A DNA stretch of 64,000 nucleotides from a phage: the sequence record OZ335963.1, one strand, 5' to 3'. Under the pieces are notes generated by a model. It was not told the origin of the DNA, searched no databases, and saw only the letters and a list, made by a program, of their open reading frames with translations. Below, piece after piece: positions 28,988 to 39,354 of this stretch. The position numbers and the translations under genes are program-made. Numbering within the stretch: position 1 is the first letter of the stretch; each line of letters begins with the position of its first letter.

Positions 28988-29614
28988 TTAACCTCTATTC
29001 ATAAAAGCATTAAAAATTTGGTCATCAATAGAAACATTTACTTTAGACTGTTTTTCTGATGGTAATTCATATCCACATATTACAATTTTGTGATCAATAT
29101 CAAAATACACAGAAGCAATATGATTAATGATGTTTTCAGTAAAGTCTAAATCAACATCAATATCTTTTTGACCACAGCCCAAAGGATAAATAATGCGAGT
29201 AATTCGATTATCTTTAACAAAGATTCCACCGACATACTCTGTGCTGCGTTTAAAATCTACACGCCGACGAAATGAAAAATATTCAGGCTCTTTATGAGCT
29301 CTGCTCATAGGACACAACGAGTAACTAGAATAAGAGATGTCAAATCCTACGCCTTCAATATGAGCCAAAGTATCATGATTAAACCAATTATAATCGTACG
29401 CCAAATCCATTAGATTATAATATGTAAAAGGCACTGGATTAACATCATTAGTCACAAGCACGTAATTAGCAATTGCTATAATTTCATTGTTTTTAACGAA
29501 TACAAACCGTGATTGATGGGAATGACCTGGACCCGCGTTTTCACGATTAATGATATAACACTGGGCACCTTTATATTTGTATGTATCTTTGCACTTGTGC
29601 ATTTGATAGAGCAT
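28988..29614 (-). CDS. hypothetical protein, 208 aa
   Basis: ORF in the 61.x cluster. Confidence 0.5.
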   Translation of the reverse strand: MLYQMHKCKDTYKYKGAQCYIINRENAGPGHSHQSRFVFVKNNEIIAIANYVLVTNDVNPVPFTYYNLMDLAYDYNWFNHDTLAHIEGVGFDISYSSYSLCPMSRAHKEPEYFSFRRRVDFKRSTEYVGGIFVKDNRITRIIYPLGCGQKDIDVDLDFTENIINHIASVYFDIDHKIVICGYELPSEKQSKVNVSIDDQIFNAFMNRG

Positions 29615-29907
29615 TATTCACCTACCACTTCAGCGATGATATTTTTATTATTAAAGTTTTTATCACAATACAGAACATAATTATACTGCATTACACCACC
29701 AGATTTAAGTTGTTTTTGCACTTCAGCTTTCATTTCAGGACGATCACGCTCAACGATATTCATAATATCCGCTTCAATTTGAATTTCAACCTCAGTCTGA
29801 TCTGCAGTCATAGACCACTCGCACAAATCTTTATCATAACCCGCCATAGCAGGCTGAGCAGCACAAGAAGATAAAGCAAAAATTGCAGCAAAGATAAATT
29901 TTTTCAT
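29614..29907 (-). CDS. sp: Spackle (Sp) periplasmic superinfection-exclusion protein
   Basis: 97-aa ORF with signal peptide (MKKFIFAAIFALSSCAAQPAMA); size and position as T4 sp. Confidence 0.7.
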   Translation of the reverse strand: MKKFIFAAIFALSSCAAQPAMAGYDKDLCEWSMTADQTEVEIQIEADIMNIVERDRPEMKAEVQKQLKSGGVMQYNYVLYCDKNFNNKNIIAEVVGE

Positions 29908-29964
29908 GATAATCTCCTCAGTAGTTTATGTTCATATAGTATCTCAATTTCCAACAAAAGTAAA

Positions 29965-30219
29965 CTATTTTATTTCCTCAAGTTCGTTAATCAGTAAAAG
30001 TTCTCTGACGCTAAAAACAAAGAAAAATGTGTTCCCATCAACCAGAGCATGACCGCTAATAGAACACCCTCTGCGGAATTTAGAAACTTCACAATCTAGA
30101 ACTGTAAAGGGTTTTAATCCTATGACTTTAGCTATGTGTCTATTCAGTTCACAACCACTTGCGAATTTTTCCAAATCTTCTTCTGATTTAAACTGATATT
30201 CTCTATTAACTAGCATCAT
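29965..30219 (-). CDS. hypothetical protein, 84 aa
   Basis: ORF downstream of an early promoter. Confidence 0.45.
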   Translation of the reverse strand: MMLVNREYQFKSEEDLEKFASGCELNRHIAKVIGLKPFTVLDCEVSKFRRGCSISGHALVDGNTFFFVFSVRELLLINELEEIK

Positions 30220-30250
30220 TTTCTTTTCTCCGCGATTAGCTGATAGAATT

Positions 30251-30280
30251 ACTATAACACAACTCTATCAGCTTGTAAAC
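30251..30280 (-). promoter_or_regulatory. T4 early-type promoter (GTTTAC, 18 bp, TATAGT) bracketed by a 10-bp inverted repeat
   Basis: Minus-sense GTTTAC 30275-30280, TATAGT 30251-30256; arms agctgataga / tctatcagct at 30238-30247 and 30264-30273. Confidence 0.5.
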
Positions 30281-30282
30281 TA

Positions 30283-30567
30283 CTATTTTACTAGCATCAA
30301 TAACTGTTTCTCTAACTTAATAATTTTACGAAAGTATCTTTTGCATTGACGAATCTGCCGCTTCGTAGGGCGCACAGCAAACTTAATAAATTCCACTCGA
30401 CCAAATGGAGGGCTTTCTTCTGATGGAATATCTAACACCAATTCCCACGTATCCGCAATAAGTGCCTTGAATTGAGTATTTTTCCTGACGTTATACGGAG
30501 TAGGTTTAAATAAAACAATATGCATATTACCCTCGGCAATCCACTTCACATACTTTCTTGTCATCAA
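30283..30567 (-). CDS. hypothetical protein, 94 aa
   Basis: ORF. Confidence 0.45.
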   Translation of the reverse strand: MMTRKYVKWIAEGNMHIVLFKPTPYNVRKNTQFKALIADTWELVLDIPSEESPPFGRVEFIKFAVRPTKRQIRQCKRYFRKIIKLEKQLLMLVK

Positions 30568-30709
30568 TGAAAGCTTTAACTAGCGCTTTATTAACTTCAG
30601 CATATTGAGTAGTAGCCCATTGAACGTCATCTTTCATCATTGTGATTTCTTTAGTAAACATGCTTTCATTCTTAAACCACCCCATAAAAACTACCTTTAC
30701 CAATTCCAT
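30527..30709 (-). CDS. hypothetical protein, 60 aa
   Basis: ORF overlapping its neighbour; uncertain. Confidence 0.3.
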   Translation of the reverse strand: MELVKVVFMGWFKNESMFTKEITMMKDDVQWATTQYAEVNKALVKAFIDDKKVCEVDCRG

Positions 30710-30767
30710 AACAATCTCCTCATTTAACCAACAAGACTACTATACCATAGTCTTGTTGGCTTGTAAA

Positions 30768-32195
30768 CTAAAATTTTAATTCATTTGCCAAAGCATCTAA
30801 CTGAGCTCGAGCTGATTCGTTTCTTTGATAGCGATTCTGTTCAGCCTGAATCTGCTGTGAACCTGCTACTTCGTTTACTTCGGTTGGAGTAGAATCTTGC
30901 TCAATTTCTACCCATTTTTGATTTCCTTTTTGAACACCCATCAAAAACTTATTCCATTTATTCTTATCACCATATCGTGATTTGATTTGCTTAATGAGTT
31001 GTTGTTCAGCGGCTGCTAACTCCTCGGTTTCAATGACCGCAAGCATAAAATCGGCTGTTGCTGGAAGACCGGCAGATTCTGCAATATCGCTCATGTTAAC
31101 ATCAGAAGAATCCCAAGCTTGCTTACCAACCTGTGCTGCAGTCCAAAGAACAGTTTCGGTTTCAACAGCCAGAGCACGCAATTCTTCTGCGATGGCTTTA
31201 ACAGTTGTGTAACTATTTTCTGAATAAACTCTGATGCGACAAGATTTACAAATACCCAGATAGTCAACAATAATGATTGTTGGAACAAAATTCTTCTTGA
31301 GCTTTAATTCGTTTAAAAGCGATCGAAATGTATTAGCGTCTGCTCCACCAGTAGGATATTGCTTAACGATTAAACGACCGAGAGTAGATTTCTCACGCCA
31401 TTTTTCCATTTTTCCTTTATACTCAGCGTAAGAAATATGCCCATCATCAATGTCATCAAGAGAAACATCAAGCATGTTAGCGTCAATACGCTTAGCACAG
31501 ACTTCTTCTGCCATTTCCATGGAAATGTAAAGAACATTGTGTCCGAGTTGTAAATAATCCGCTGCCAATGAACACAGACCTAATGACTTACCGACGTTAA
31601 CACCAGCCATTAAAACGTTCAGTGTTCCAGTTTCAGCTCCACCTTTAGTAATTTTATTTAGAATTTTGAGTCTAAATGGAACCTTACGAGCTTTATTCAT
31701 ATAAGATAGCCAACGTGCTTCGTAGTCATCCATCCAATCATGACCAACGTAACTATCAAATGAAATTGATAATGCTTGGCGCATGATGTCAGGAATAGCG
31801 CCAACATCCGGCATTTTCTTATTTCGTTTTTCTGGAGGAAGCTCAGCATTAGTTTGAATTTCAATTATTTTAGACGTAGCATTAAACATCGCCCTTTGCT
31901 GAACATATTTTTCTGTTTCTTTTACTAACCAGCTGTGGTCTTCTGGAGAATCGGCTAGTTTCGAAATAAGTGTTTTTACACCAGAATATTCTGTTTCAGT
32001 AAATGAACTATTTTCTAATGCAACATTCAACGCATTAATAGATGGAACGCTATGGTACTCATTAACATGAGATTTAATTAATTTGAATGTATTTTTAGCT
32101 GGACCACTTTCAAAATATTCTGAATCCATATATGGCCAAACTTTTGAAAAATAAGCTTGATCAAATATGAGATGAGAAAGAATAATTTCTACCAC
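30768..32195 (-). CDS. 41: replicative DNA helicase gp41 (DnaB-like)
   Basis: 475-aa ORF, same length as T4 gp41; Walker A GVNVGKS. Confidence 0.9.
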   Translation of the reverse strand: MVEIILSHLIFDQAYFSKVWPYMDSEYFESGPAKNTFKLIKSHVNEYHSVPSINALNVALENSSFTETEYSGVKTLISKLADSPEDHSWLVKETEKYVQQRAMFNATSKIIEIQTNAELPPEKRNKKMPDVGAIPDIMRQALSISFDSYVGHDWMDDYEARWLSYMNKARKVPFRLKILNKITKGGAETGTLNVLMAGVNVGKSLGLCSLAADYLQLGHNVLYISMEMAEEVCAKRIDANMLDVSLDDIDDGHISYAEYKGKMEKWREKSTLGRLIVKQYPTGGADANTFRSLLNELKLKKNFVPTIIIVDYLGICKSCRIRVYSENSYTTVKAIAEELRALAVETETVLWTAAQVGKQAWDSSDVNMSDIAESAGLPATADFMLAVIETEELAAAEQQLIKQIKSRYGDKNKWNKFLMGVQKGNQKWVEIEQDSTPTEVNEVAGSQQIQAEQNRYQRNESARAQLDALANELKF

Positions 32196-32204
32196 ACTTA
32201 CTCC

Positions 32205-32567
32205 TTAAAAGAATTTAAATTTTTTCTTTGACCTTTTATTAAATGCATCTTGTAGTTGCATTGTAATACATTTTTCTACATGAGGAGCTAACTCAGCTTT
32301 TCTTTCTTGGTCAAGAACAGCAAAGTCCATTACAACTTTTCCATCAACCCAATCTAATTTTGTCACATACACAATGTGTGTAGAACCATCTTCTAATTTA
32401 ATGACAATCTCCTGGATAACATTTTCCATGGCAGATTTAATTATCTTAAGAGATTCATTAAAAAGACGTTCTTTTCTTTCTTCTTCCCCCTCCGAAGAGG
32501 GGGATTCATCGATAATTTCTAGATCTAAATCTAAATCATCTTTATTCATTAAATTCTTCCATATCAC
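32205..32567 (-). CDS. 40: gp40-like head assembly protein
   Basis: ~115-120 aa ORF between uvsX and 41 as in T4. Confidence 0.55.
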   Translation of the reverse strand: MIWKNLMNKDDLDLDLEIIDESPSSEGEEERKERLFNESLKIIKSAMENVIQEIVIKLEDGSTHIVYVTKLDWVDGKVVMDFAVLDQERKAELAPHVEKCITMQLQDAFNKRSKKKFKFF

Positions 32568-33723
32568 TTAACTGATCTAGGTCAGTTTCTAAATCAGCTG
32601 CTGATTTACTTTTACTTTCTGGAGATTTAAATTTTTCAACCTTTGAGTTAATCAATTCATCAACTTCAGCTTCAACAATTTCATTACTATCAATAGCACC
32701 TAACTGATAAGCGCGTTTAATAGCATCTCGGAATGGCTGATGCTTAAATAAAGGACCCCAGAATGTAGTGCAGTTGGTATCTTTTGCACGCCAAGATTTT
32801 TCTTCGCGAATCATCTCGCCGGTTTCTTCATCAAGAAATTCACGAGCATACCAGCCATTTTTAGGTTTTACCACAAATCCTAATTCAAGAGCCATATCTA
32901 ACAATCCAGAATAAGGATCGATACCACCGTCAAATTTAACATCAATAAAGAATTTACTTTTTTCTTTAACGGTACGAGATTTTTCTACATTTAGAACAAA
33001 CTGATACCCCTGAAGATCTGAACCATCTTTAATCTGGCGCTTACCGATAATGAATACGGTATCAGCCGAATACATTACGCCTGTACCACCTGTCATCACA
33101 GTTTTACTAAACATTTCAATTGTTTCAATTGTATGGTTAACCGCAACGCATGGAATGTTTTTAATACTAAAATAAGGAGTAACAATACGGAATAATGACT
33201 TCAGTGATTTAGCACGAGTCATATCTGCCACAGATTTTTCATTCAAGGCATCTTCCGTTTCTTTCTTAGAAGCCATATTACCGATTGAGTCGATGAATAC
33301 AATAACTTTTTCACCGCGCTCAATAGCTTCAAGCTGATTCACCATATCAATTTTCAGCTGTTCAACTGACTGGATTGGTGTATGAATTACTCGTTCCGGG
33401 TCAACTCCCATGGATCGCAAATAAGCTGGAGTAATACCAAATTCGCTATCATAGAATAGACATACCGCGTCAGGATATTTGTTCAAATACGCCGCAACCA
33501 TAGTCAAAGACATATTTGATTTAAAGTGTTTAGAAGGACCTGCAAAAATGGTTAAACCAGACTGCATACCACCATCAATCGCACCAGAAATAGCGATATT
33601 AAGCATTGGGATTTTTGTACGGATTACATCCTTTTCATTAAAGAATTTAGATGTAGTCAGTTCAGCAGTCATTTTAGAAGTGGAAGCTTTAATCAAACGG
33701 GATTTTAAATCTGCAATAGACAT
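32542..33723 (-). CDS. uvsX: UvsX recombinase (RecA-like)
   Basis: 393-aa ORF matching T4 UvsX by recall; RecA-like Walker A GPSKHFKS. Confidence 0.9.
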   Translation of the reverse strand: MSIADLKSRLIKASTSKMTAELTTSKFFNEKDVIRTKIPMLNIAISGAIDGGMQSGLTIFAGPSKHFKSNMSLTMVAAYLNKYPDAVCLFYDSEFGITPAYLRSMGVDPERVIHTPIQSVEQLKIDMVNQLEAIERGEKVIVFIDSIGNMASKKETEDALNEKSVADMTRAKSLKSLFRIVTPYFSIKNIPCVAVNHTIETIEMFSKTVMTGGTGVMYSADTVFIIGKRQIKDGSDLQGYQFVLNVEKSRTVKEKSKFFIDVKFDGGIDPYSGLLDMALELGFVVKPKNGWYAREFLDEETGEMIREEKSWRAKDTNCTTFWGPLFKHQPFRDAIKRAYQLGAIDSNEIVEAEVDELINSKVEKFKSPESKSKSAADLETDLDQLSDMEEFNE

Positions 33724-33802
33724 TCATTTTTTCCATAGGCATCATTATATTTTCCTCACTGGTTAAAGATAGAGTAATTATAACACAAAATAAATTTAGG
33801 CA

Positions 33803-34651
33803 TTAATCAACTGCTATTGGATGAATAGCATTAAACTTATGAAATGCTTCTGATTTTTCTTTGCGCGAAACACACATGCGAAGAACCTTTAATGGCTCGT
33901 CTTCTTCACCCAACGATTTTCTCTTTTCAATATTCGATGTTTTCCAACGAGCTTGCTCTGGAAACTCTCTATTGATTTGCTCAAGAGCTCTATTATGTTT
34001 TGAATTACTACGAATTGAACTGCACCCGCCCGGAGCCTGTGCTTTTCCAGATACAACCAGATATTTGAACAAGGCCAAATGCGGATAACCTTGATTAATT
34101 AAATTGAGAAATGCATACATATCTTCGCATAAATCAATTTTTCCATACCCAATTTGTTCTGTTGTAAGTTTCCCAAGGTCATACCATGTATTCGTGAATC
34201 CATATGAATTTTCACGATAATTACCCCAAGATGAAGTAATTTTAAAAATAGGTAAACGAGCATGACCGTGATAATACCCGCAATCCATGGCATCTTCAAC
34301 GTATTGAATCAATTCATAGAACTGTTCACGAGTTAATTGATTAATTTTATCTACGCAGCGACGATCATCTTTCTTTCGCATTGAACTCATACGAATAGTA
34401 GTATCATCATCAATCATCCAAATTCGTTGACCTGCATACATATCAGTAATTGCTTTACGAGTACCAGCAATTCCGTTAACATCATCAGGAATAGTTATAA
34501 TTTTAGCTCTAGACCCGTAAGCGTCATAATAAGCTTTTTCTTCGTGTTCACGTACTACAATATGAGGTTCATAATCAGTCGGAAACATATCAAGGGCAGA
34601 AACTGCCCCTACGCGTTGATAGCTTGGAATTACGAATTGAATCATTTCCAT
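33803..34651 (-). CDS. GT-A fold glycosyltransferase, candidate beta-alpha-glucosyl-HMC glucosyltransferase
   Basis: 282-aa ORF with DDD motif (WMIDDDTT) at the position T4 uses for beta-gt between uvsX and 42. Confidence 0.5.
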   Translation of the reverse strand: MEMIQFVIPSYQRVGAVSALDMFPTDYEPHIVVREHEEKAYYDAYGSRAKIITIPDDVNGIAGTRKAITDMYAGQRIWMIDDDTTIRMSSMRKKDDRRCVDKINQLTREQFYELIQYVEDAMDCGYYHGHARLPIFKITSSWGNYRENSYGFTNTWYDLGKLTTEQIGYGKIDLCEDMYAFLNLINQGYPHLALFKYLVVSGKAQAPGGCSSIRSNSKHNRALEQINREFPEQARWKTSNIEKRKSLGEEDEPLKVLRMCVSRKEKSEAFHKFNAIHPIAVD

Positions 34652-35382
34652 TCACCGTTATAATCTTTTTTCGCAATATGAGTTTCGCCAGTTTTCCACC
34701 AATGGTCAACCAAATAAAAATGACGGGAATACACATGAAGGCTCCCGACATTCCATATAATGGAACCTGCTTTATACTGACGAGTTGAATCACCTGCATT
34801 CAAATCAGATACTAATTTATCTAGTACGTATTTTTGCCATGCATAATCATTACGGAATCCGAAGACTACGTCATTTGAACGCATGCTTACTACTGCATTG
34901 ACTTTCTTATCACGAATCAGGTACTGTACTGTATTCGTACACATGAAATCTGACATACCATCTTTATTGTAGTCAAACTGCATGGATGGACGAGTATAAA
35001 TCATGATACCACGTCGAGAATCAGGATTTTGACCAAGTTCAGCTAAACACATATCATACTGGGCATAGTTATCTTCTGACCAGATAGCCCAACCATAATT
35101 CGAGTTAATTTCGCCTTTAGAAGATGCTACCTGTTGCCAAATCTTCGGTGTTTCACCCGGAATATCTTTAACAAACAGACTTTGAGACTTATACCATTCA
35201 AGTTCACGTTGAATGTATTCATCATTAAGAGCGCCAAAAATAAAAGGTTCATCTGCTACAAATGATGCACCAATAATTTCAATAGTTTTAACACCAGTTT
35301 TATCAATTACGAAATCTTTTTCCTTTAATGCAAGACCCAAATCAAGACGGATTTCTTCAACTGTCATATAATCGTTAATCAT
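34642..35382 (-). CDS. 42: dCMP hydroxymethylase gp42
   Basis: 246-aa ORF, same length as T4 gp42; thymidylate-synthase-like fold motifs. Confidence 0.9.
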   Translation of the reverse strand: MINDYMTVEEIRLDLGLALKEKDFVIDKTGVKTIEIIGASFVADEPFIFGALNDEYIQRELEWYKSQSLFVKDIPGETPKIWQQVASSKGEINSNYGWAIWSEDNYAQYDMCLAELGQNPDSRRGIMIYTRPSMQFDYNKDGMSDFMCTNTVQYLIRDKKVNAVVSMRSNDVVFGFRNDYAWQKYVLDKLVSDLNAGDSTRQYKAGSIIWNVGSLHVYSRHFYLVDHWWKTGETHIAKKDYNGEWK

Positions 35383-35389
35383 TTAAACC

Positions 35390-35539
35390 TCAATTGATGC
35401 ATTCATATTTAACTTGTAACAGTAATAAACCCCAACCTATAATAAGTGTCGGAATCATACAAGGAACCGTTACGCTATAGTATATACTTATTATAATCAT
35501 CAAAATTAAAAGCAATACTGCTAAAATTTTGCTTTTCAT
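35390..35539 (-). CDS. small membrane protein, 49 aa
   Basis: Hydrophobic ORF (MKSKILAVLLLILMIIISIYY...); ATG overlaps imm stop. Confidence 0.4.
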   Translation of the reverse strand: MKSKILAVLLLILMIIISIYYSVTVPCMIPTLIIGWGLLLLQVKYECIN

Positions 35540-35787
35540 TCCTTCTCTCTGATGATAATTACTTGGTTTTGCTGTGCAGATTTTTTAGTTTCACCCGCAA
35601 TTGACCAAATAAATGTAATAAACCAACCAATAATTGACCAATTAAACAGTAAAGATGTGAAAAAGATTCCTACTGTCGATTTTGACCCACGCATCAAGGC
35701 GATGAACCACGGAAGCATGTATATAATAATAGCCAACACGCCTGAAACTAAAACCATAAAAATTGAACCTGCTACTAAAGTTTCCAT
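35536..35787 (-). CDS. imm: superinfection immunity protein Imm
   Basis: 83-aa two-TM ORF at the imm position between 43 and 42. Confidence 0.8.
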   Translation of the reverse strand: METLVAGSIFMVLVSGVLAIIIYMLPWFIALMRGSKSTVGIFFTSLLFNWSIIGWFITFIWSIAGETKKSAQQNQVIIIREKE

Positions 35788-35794
35788 GTTTTCC

Positions 35795-36175
35795 TCACTT
35801 AGTCAAATTTTTTACACATGAATTATAAGAATTCACTACATACTCCATTGGAGCATTTTTACCAGTACGCCATTGGTAATTATTAGCCCAATTAGCCCAA
35901 AGTTCGGCGCAGTAGTTTTCAATTTTTTCTTCGCGTGTAATTACATCTGAATTACGATATGCTTGAGCAGATTCATCTGGACGAATAGCTTCGTCAAAAT
36001 TCGCCTGCATTTGTTCTACTGTCTGTTTTGGAGCTTCTTTATAACACTTGACGTTAGGATTATAAAATTTGCTTGAACAGTTTACAATTTTTCCTACATC
36101 AGATTGATTTACTACTGGTCCTTGAGCTACACAACCAGTAAGACCTAATGCAATAACCAAAATAGCGATTTTCAT
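35795..36175 (-). CDS. putative lipoprotein, 126 aa
   Basis: Start at MKIAILVIALGLTGC (lipobox) with GGAGAA SD; track ORF extends through the promoter. Confidence 0.5.
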   Translation of the reverse strand: MKIAILVIALGLTGCVAQGPVVNQSDVGKIVNCSSKFYNPNVKCYKEAPKQTVEQMQANFDEAIRPDESAQAYRNSDVITREEKIENYCAELWANWANNYQWRTGKNAPMEYVVNSYNSCVKNLTK

Positions 36176-36209
36176 TTCATTCTCCAAATTTGTATTGGTT
36201 GATAGTTGT

Positions 36210-36239
36210 ATAGTACCACAGAGGAACAGTCTTGTAAAC
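36210..36239 (-). promoter_or_regulatory. T4 early-type promoter (GTTTAC, 18 bp, TACTAT)
   Basis: Minus-sense GTTTAC 36234-36239, TACTAT 36210-36215. Confidence 0.5.
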
Positions 36240-36310
36240 AGTTTTGTGAAAAAATTTTTAATGAATTTAAAGGACCTAGAATCATCTATTTTTCCTAAGT
36301 ATAGATTTAT

Positions 36311-36334
36311 ATTACTTGTATGAAAAAGGGACCC
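36311..36334 (-). terminator. rho-independent terminator downstream of gene 43
   Basis: agggacc-uccg-ggtccct hairpin followed by TTTTTCAT on minus strand. Confidence 0.55.
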
Positions 36335-36356
36335 GGAGGTCCCTAGATTTATTCTA

Positions 36357-39053
36357 TCAGCCAAACAGGAAGTCTAACGAAGCTTTTTCCTCATAGTCCA
36401 TACCTGCTGATTCACACATGCCAGCAAGCGGTTTAACAAACGATTTTTGGAACAAAGTTGAGTAGTCAATCCAAGACAGTACATCAGAACGAATTTCTTT
36501 TGGAAGTTCTGTACCTGATGGCCAAGCAATGCACTTGTCACCAAATGGATTTCCTTCACGTAATGGAAGAACCATTACCTTATTTCCATCCAAAATTGGA
36601 GCTACACCTAAACCGTTAACAGCTCGACGATAAGTTAGCACACCACGAATATGGAATGGACATTTAAATCCTGGCCAGCCTTTATCATCATATTTCGCTA
36701 TATCGTTCGCAGTTTTTACTTCAGCAATAACTTTATAATCAAGTTGACGATATTCTTTCTCAAAGTTCTTGTAATATTCTTGGACGGACTCTTCGCCTTC
36801 CTGAAGAATACGACGAATACTTTCTTCGAGAGCTTCTTGTACTGCTTTTGGTGTTGAACTCTGCTGAGTTTCCATACCCATGATTTTTAGATGCGGTTCA
36901 GCAAATCGCTTATCTTCCATATCATAAACGTTCAGAGCATAACGTTTTTTCGCTTTCCAAAATCCACCAACACCCTTTGAACCAAGTGGAGGGCAAGAAA
37001 TAGCTTCACGGTCCATATGCATCAGATGCTCGCGGTTATTCATATAATCACATAACTCACGATATGCAACATCAATCATAGGTTCCATCTTTTTCTTACC
37101 AAACTGATTCATGAATTCAACTAAATCATTTTGTTCTTTAAAGCGGTCAAGACCTACTTTTTCAATAACTTTATCTACACAAACGTATACCGAATCAGTA
37201 TCACCTGCTGCGATGAAATCTTCACCATTAGTTCCACACACTTTGTTTAGATACTCATTAATTTTACGAGCAATCCACTGAATACCGACTTGACCGAAAA
37301 TTGTGATAGCAGTAGCATTTCGCAAATCATAGTAGCGGAAATGAATATTACCAAGAGCACCATAAAGACTGTTAATAAGAATTTTACGGTTCAGCTGATT
37401 TGTGTTAGCGAGTGTAGCTGCTTTTTCGCATTCTTCGATCAGACTATTAAGAACAGATTCGGTGTAATTCGATAATTCGTTTAAGAAATCATCACTGAAC
37501 TTAACATATCGTTCAACTTCTGGTTTAGTTGAGCAAGACCCTGCGCCTTTCATAATAATCTTTTTAATAGCTTCGGCATTCATTTCTTCCGCGAACATTT
37601 TCTTTTTCCAATCTTTACGCTGGAAAAATACTTTAGCGATTTCCTTTGGAATGATACCTTCTTGGTGCTTATCATACATCCATCCATTCGGAGAACAAGA
37701 ATATTCATCACTTGGCTTAGGAGCTGTTCCTGCGATATATTCATGAATTGGATGAACTTTAAACTGCCCGCGAATAGTCTCAGGACTAATGTTAACCTGA
37801 CGAATAATGCTAGGATACAGAGACGTCAAGTCAAAACTCATAATGTATCGACGAGCAATCGGTTTAGGTTCAAACACAAATGCACCTGGAAAACTCTGTT
37901 TAACGTGCGAACCTTGTTGAGGAATAACCTTATGTTCACCTTTCAGTGAGTTAAAAATAATAGCATCCCAAGTTTTAATAGGACTCATTACACCAGAAAA
38001 AGGCATTTTAGCGTAATAAGACATACTTAAAACTAGATCGATAAACCCACGAATTTTATCAATTGCTTGAACTGATTCTACGTCAATGATGTTATAACTA
38101 ATGTATCGTTGATGATTAGTCTCACGAAGTTTATTAATAGGACCATCGTACGGCAATTTACCTTTTTTGGTTTCATGTTGAGCAACTGATTCCAAAGAGA
38201 ACGATGGCAAATTAGTAAATGCGAATTTCTTGTATAAATCTAAATAATCAAGAATAGATACGCCATCAATAGAATAAATTTCTTTGCTACCGTACATATT
38301 TTGAATTAGTTTAGATTTTACTCGACCGATTGGAGAGAAGCGTTTCATACTACGTTCACCGAGAACCATTTTAACGCGATTCATGATATACGGAACGTCA
38401 AATCCCTCAATATTCCAACCGGTAAAAATAGCAGGTCGTTTCTGTTCCCAGAGATTAATATATTCCATGAGCATATCACGCTCATTATCAAATGGCATAT
38501 AAATTACTCGGTCAAGAATTTCTTGAGGAACTTCATCACCACCTTCACAGTCAAGCTTAGCAGCTAACTTTGCATCCCATTTTGATACTGAACCGTACAT
38601 TGAATTCAATAAATCAAAGACGTAAAAACGATCGTCAATTGAATCATAATGAGTGATAGCATCAATTTCATATTCTGCTTTCATTGGGTCAGGAAATTTA
38701 TCGCCAGTAACCTCAATGTCACAGTTAGCTACACGAACAAATTTTCGGTCATAAACAATTTCTGAACCATATGTATCACTGATATAAGCGAGTTTAAAAT
38801 CGTTCATACCGAGAGCTTCGAGACCGATGTCTTCCATTCGCTTCATCCAGTCTCGCGCATCTTTCATTGATGGAAATTTTTGAGGAGCGCAATTTTTACC
38901 ATAAATGTCTTTGTATTTTGACTCTTCCTTACAATGCCTAAACATAGTCGGAAGATATTCTACTTCGCGAGTACGTTCCTTTCCGTTTTCATCAATATAA
39001 CGCTCAACAATATTATTTCCGACTGTTTCGATAGAGATATAAAATTCTTTCAT
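36357..39053 (-). CDS. 43: DNA polymerase gp43 (family B)
   Basis: 898-aa ORF, same length as T4 gp43; exonuclease and polymerase motifs. Confidence 0.95.
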   Translation of the reverse strand: MKEFYISIETVGNNIVERYIDENGKERTREVEYLPTMFRHCKEESKYKDIYGKNCAPQKFPSMKDARDWMKRMEDIGLEALGMNDFKLAYISDTYGSEIVYDRKFVRVANCDIEVTGDKFPDPMKAEYEIDAITHYDSIDDRFYVFDLLNSMYGSVSKWDAKLAAKLDCEGGDEVPQEILDRVIYMPFDNERDMLMEYINLWEQKRPAIFTGWNIEGFDVPYIMNRVKMVLGERSMKRFSPIGRVKSKLIQNMYGSKEIYSIDGVSILDYLDLYKKFAFTNLPSFSLESVAQHETKKGKLPYDGPINKLRETNHQRYISYNIIDVESVQAIDKIRGFIDLVLSMSYYAKMPFSGVMSPIKTWDAIIFNSLKGEHKVIPQQGSHVKQSFPGAFVFEPKPIARRYIMSFDLTSLYPSIIRQVNISPETIRGQFKVHPIHEYIAGTAPKPSDEYSCSPNGWMYDKHQEGIIPKEIAKVFFQRKDWKKKMFAEEMNAEAIKKIIMKGAGSCSTKPEVERYVKFSDDFLNELSNYTESVLNSLIEECEKAATLANTNQLNRKILINSLYGALGNIHFRYYDLRNATAITIFGQVGIQWIARKINEYLNKVCGTNGEDFIAAGDTDSVYVCVDKVIEKVGLDRFKEQNDLVEFMNQFGKKKMEPMIDVAYRELCDYMNNREHLMHMDREAISCPPLGSKGVGGFWKAKKRYALNVYDMEDKRFAEPHLKIMGMETQQSSTPKAVQEALEESIRRILQEGEESVQEYYKNFEKEYRQLDYKVIAEVKTANDIAKYDDKGWPGFKCPFHIRGVLTYRRAVNGLGVAPILDGNKVMVLPLREGNPFGDKCIAWPSGTELPKEIRSDVLSWIDYSTLFQKSFVKPLAGMCESAGMDYEEKASLDFLFG

Positions 39054-39058
39054 AGATA

Positions 39059-39089
39059 TTCCTTAGTTTATAGCCCGAGTTATTAGGCT
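39059..39089 (-). promoter_or_regulatory. gene 43 translational operator hairpin plus SD
   Basis: mRNA-sense AGCCU-AAUAACUC-GGGCU (5-bp stem, 8-nt loop) immediately 5' of AAGGAA SD and ATG, as described for gp43 autoregulation. Confidence 0.5.
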
Positions 39090-39131
39090 CTTGATATATT
39101 ATACTCCAAATAAGGGGCCGAAGCCCCTTGC

Positions 39132-39353
39132 TTAAATTAATACCAGTTGTCGGTGAAAAATTGTTAATCCATCTGCATTAATTGACTTAACCACTGCGGT
39201 AAAGTGTTTTTGTTCTGGGTGAACTAATTTTTGAAATTCTACCTGAAATTTTAGTTGGAGGTTTTCTGGTAAATCAAAAAGTGTTTCTGTTGCAGAAAGA
39301 TTATATTTTTCTTTAAGGGACGCCATGTATTCTTGCGGAGTTATAGCAGTCAT
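39132..39353 (-). CDS. hypothetical protein, 73 aa, translationally coupled to regA
   Basis: ATG 1 nt after regA stop (TAAtATG); ORF fills the regA-43 interval. Confidence 0.4.
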   Translation of the reverse strand: MTAITPQEYMASLKEKYNLSATETLFDLPENLQLKFQVEFQKLVHPEQKHFTAVVKSINADGLTIFHRQLVLI

Positions 39354-39354
39354 A

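Noticed and set aside
29928-29975. Early promoter upstream of sp based on a GTTTAC match
   Set aside because: No TAnnAT hexamer lies at the conserved 18-bp spacing from the GTTTAC; the nearest -10-like element is 28 bp away.
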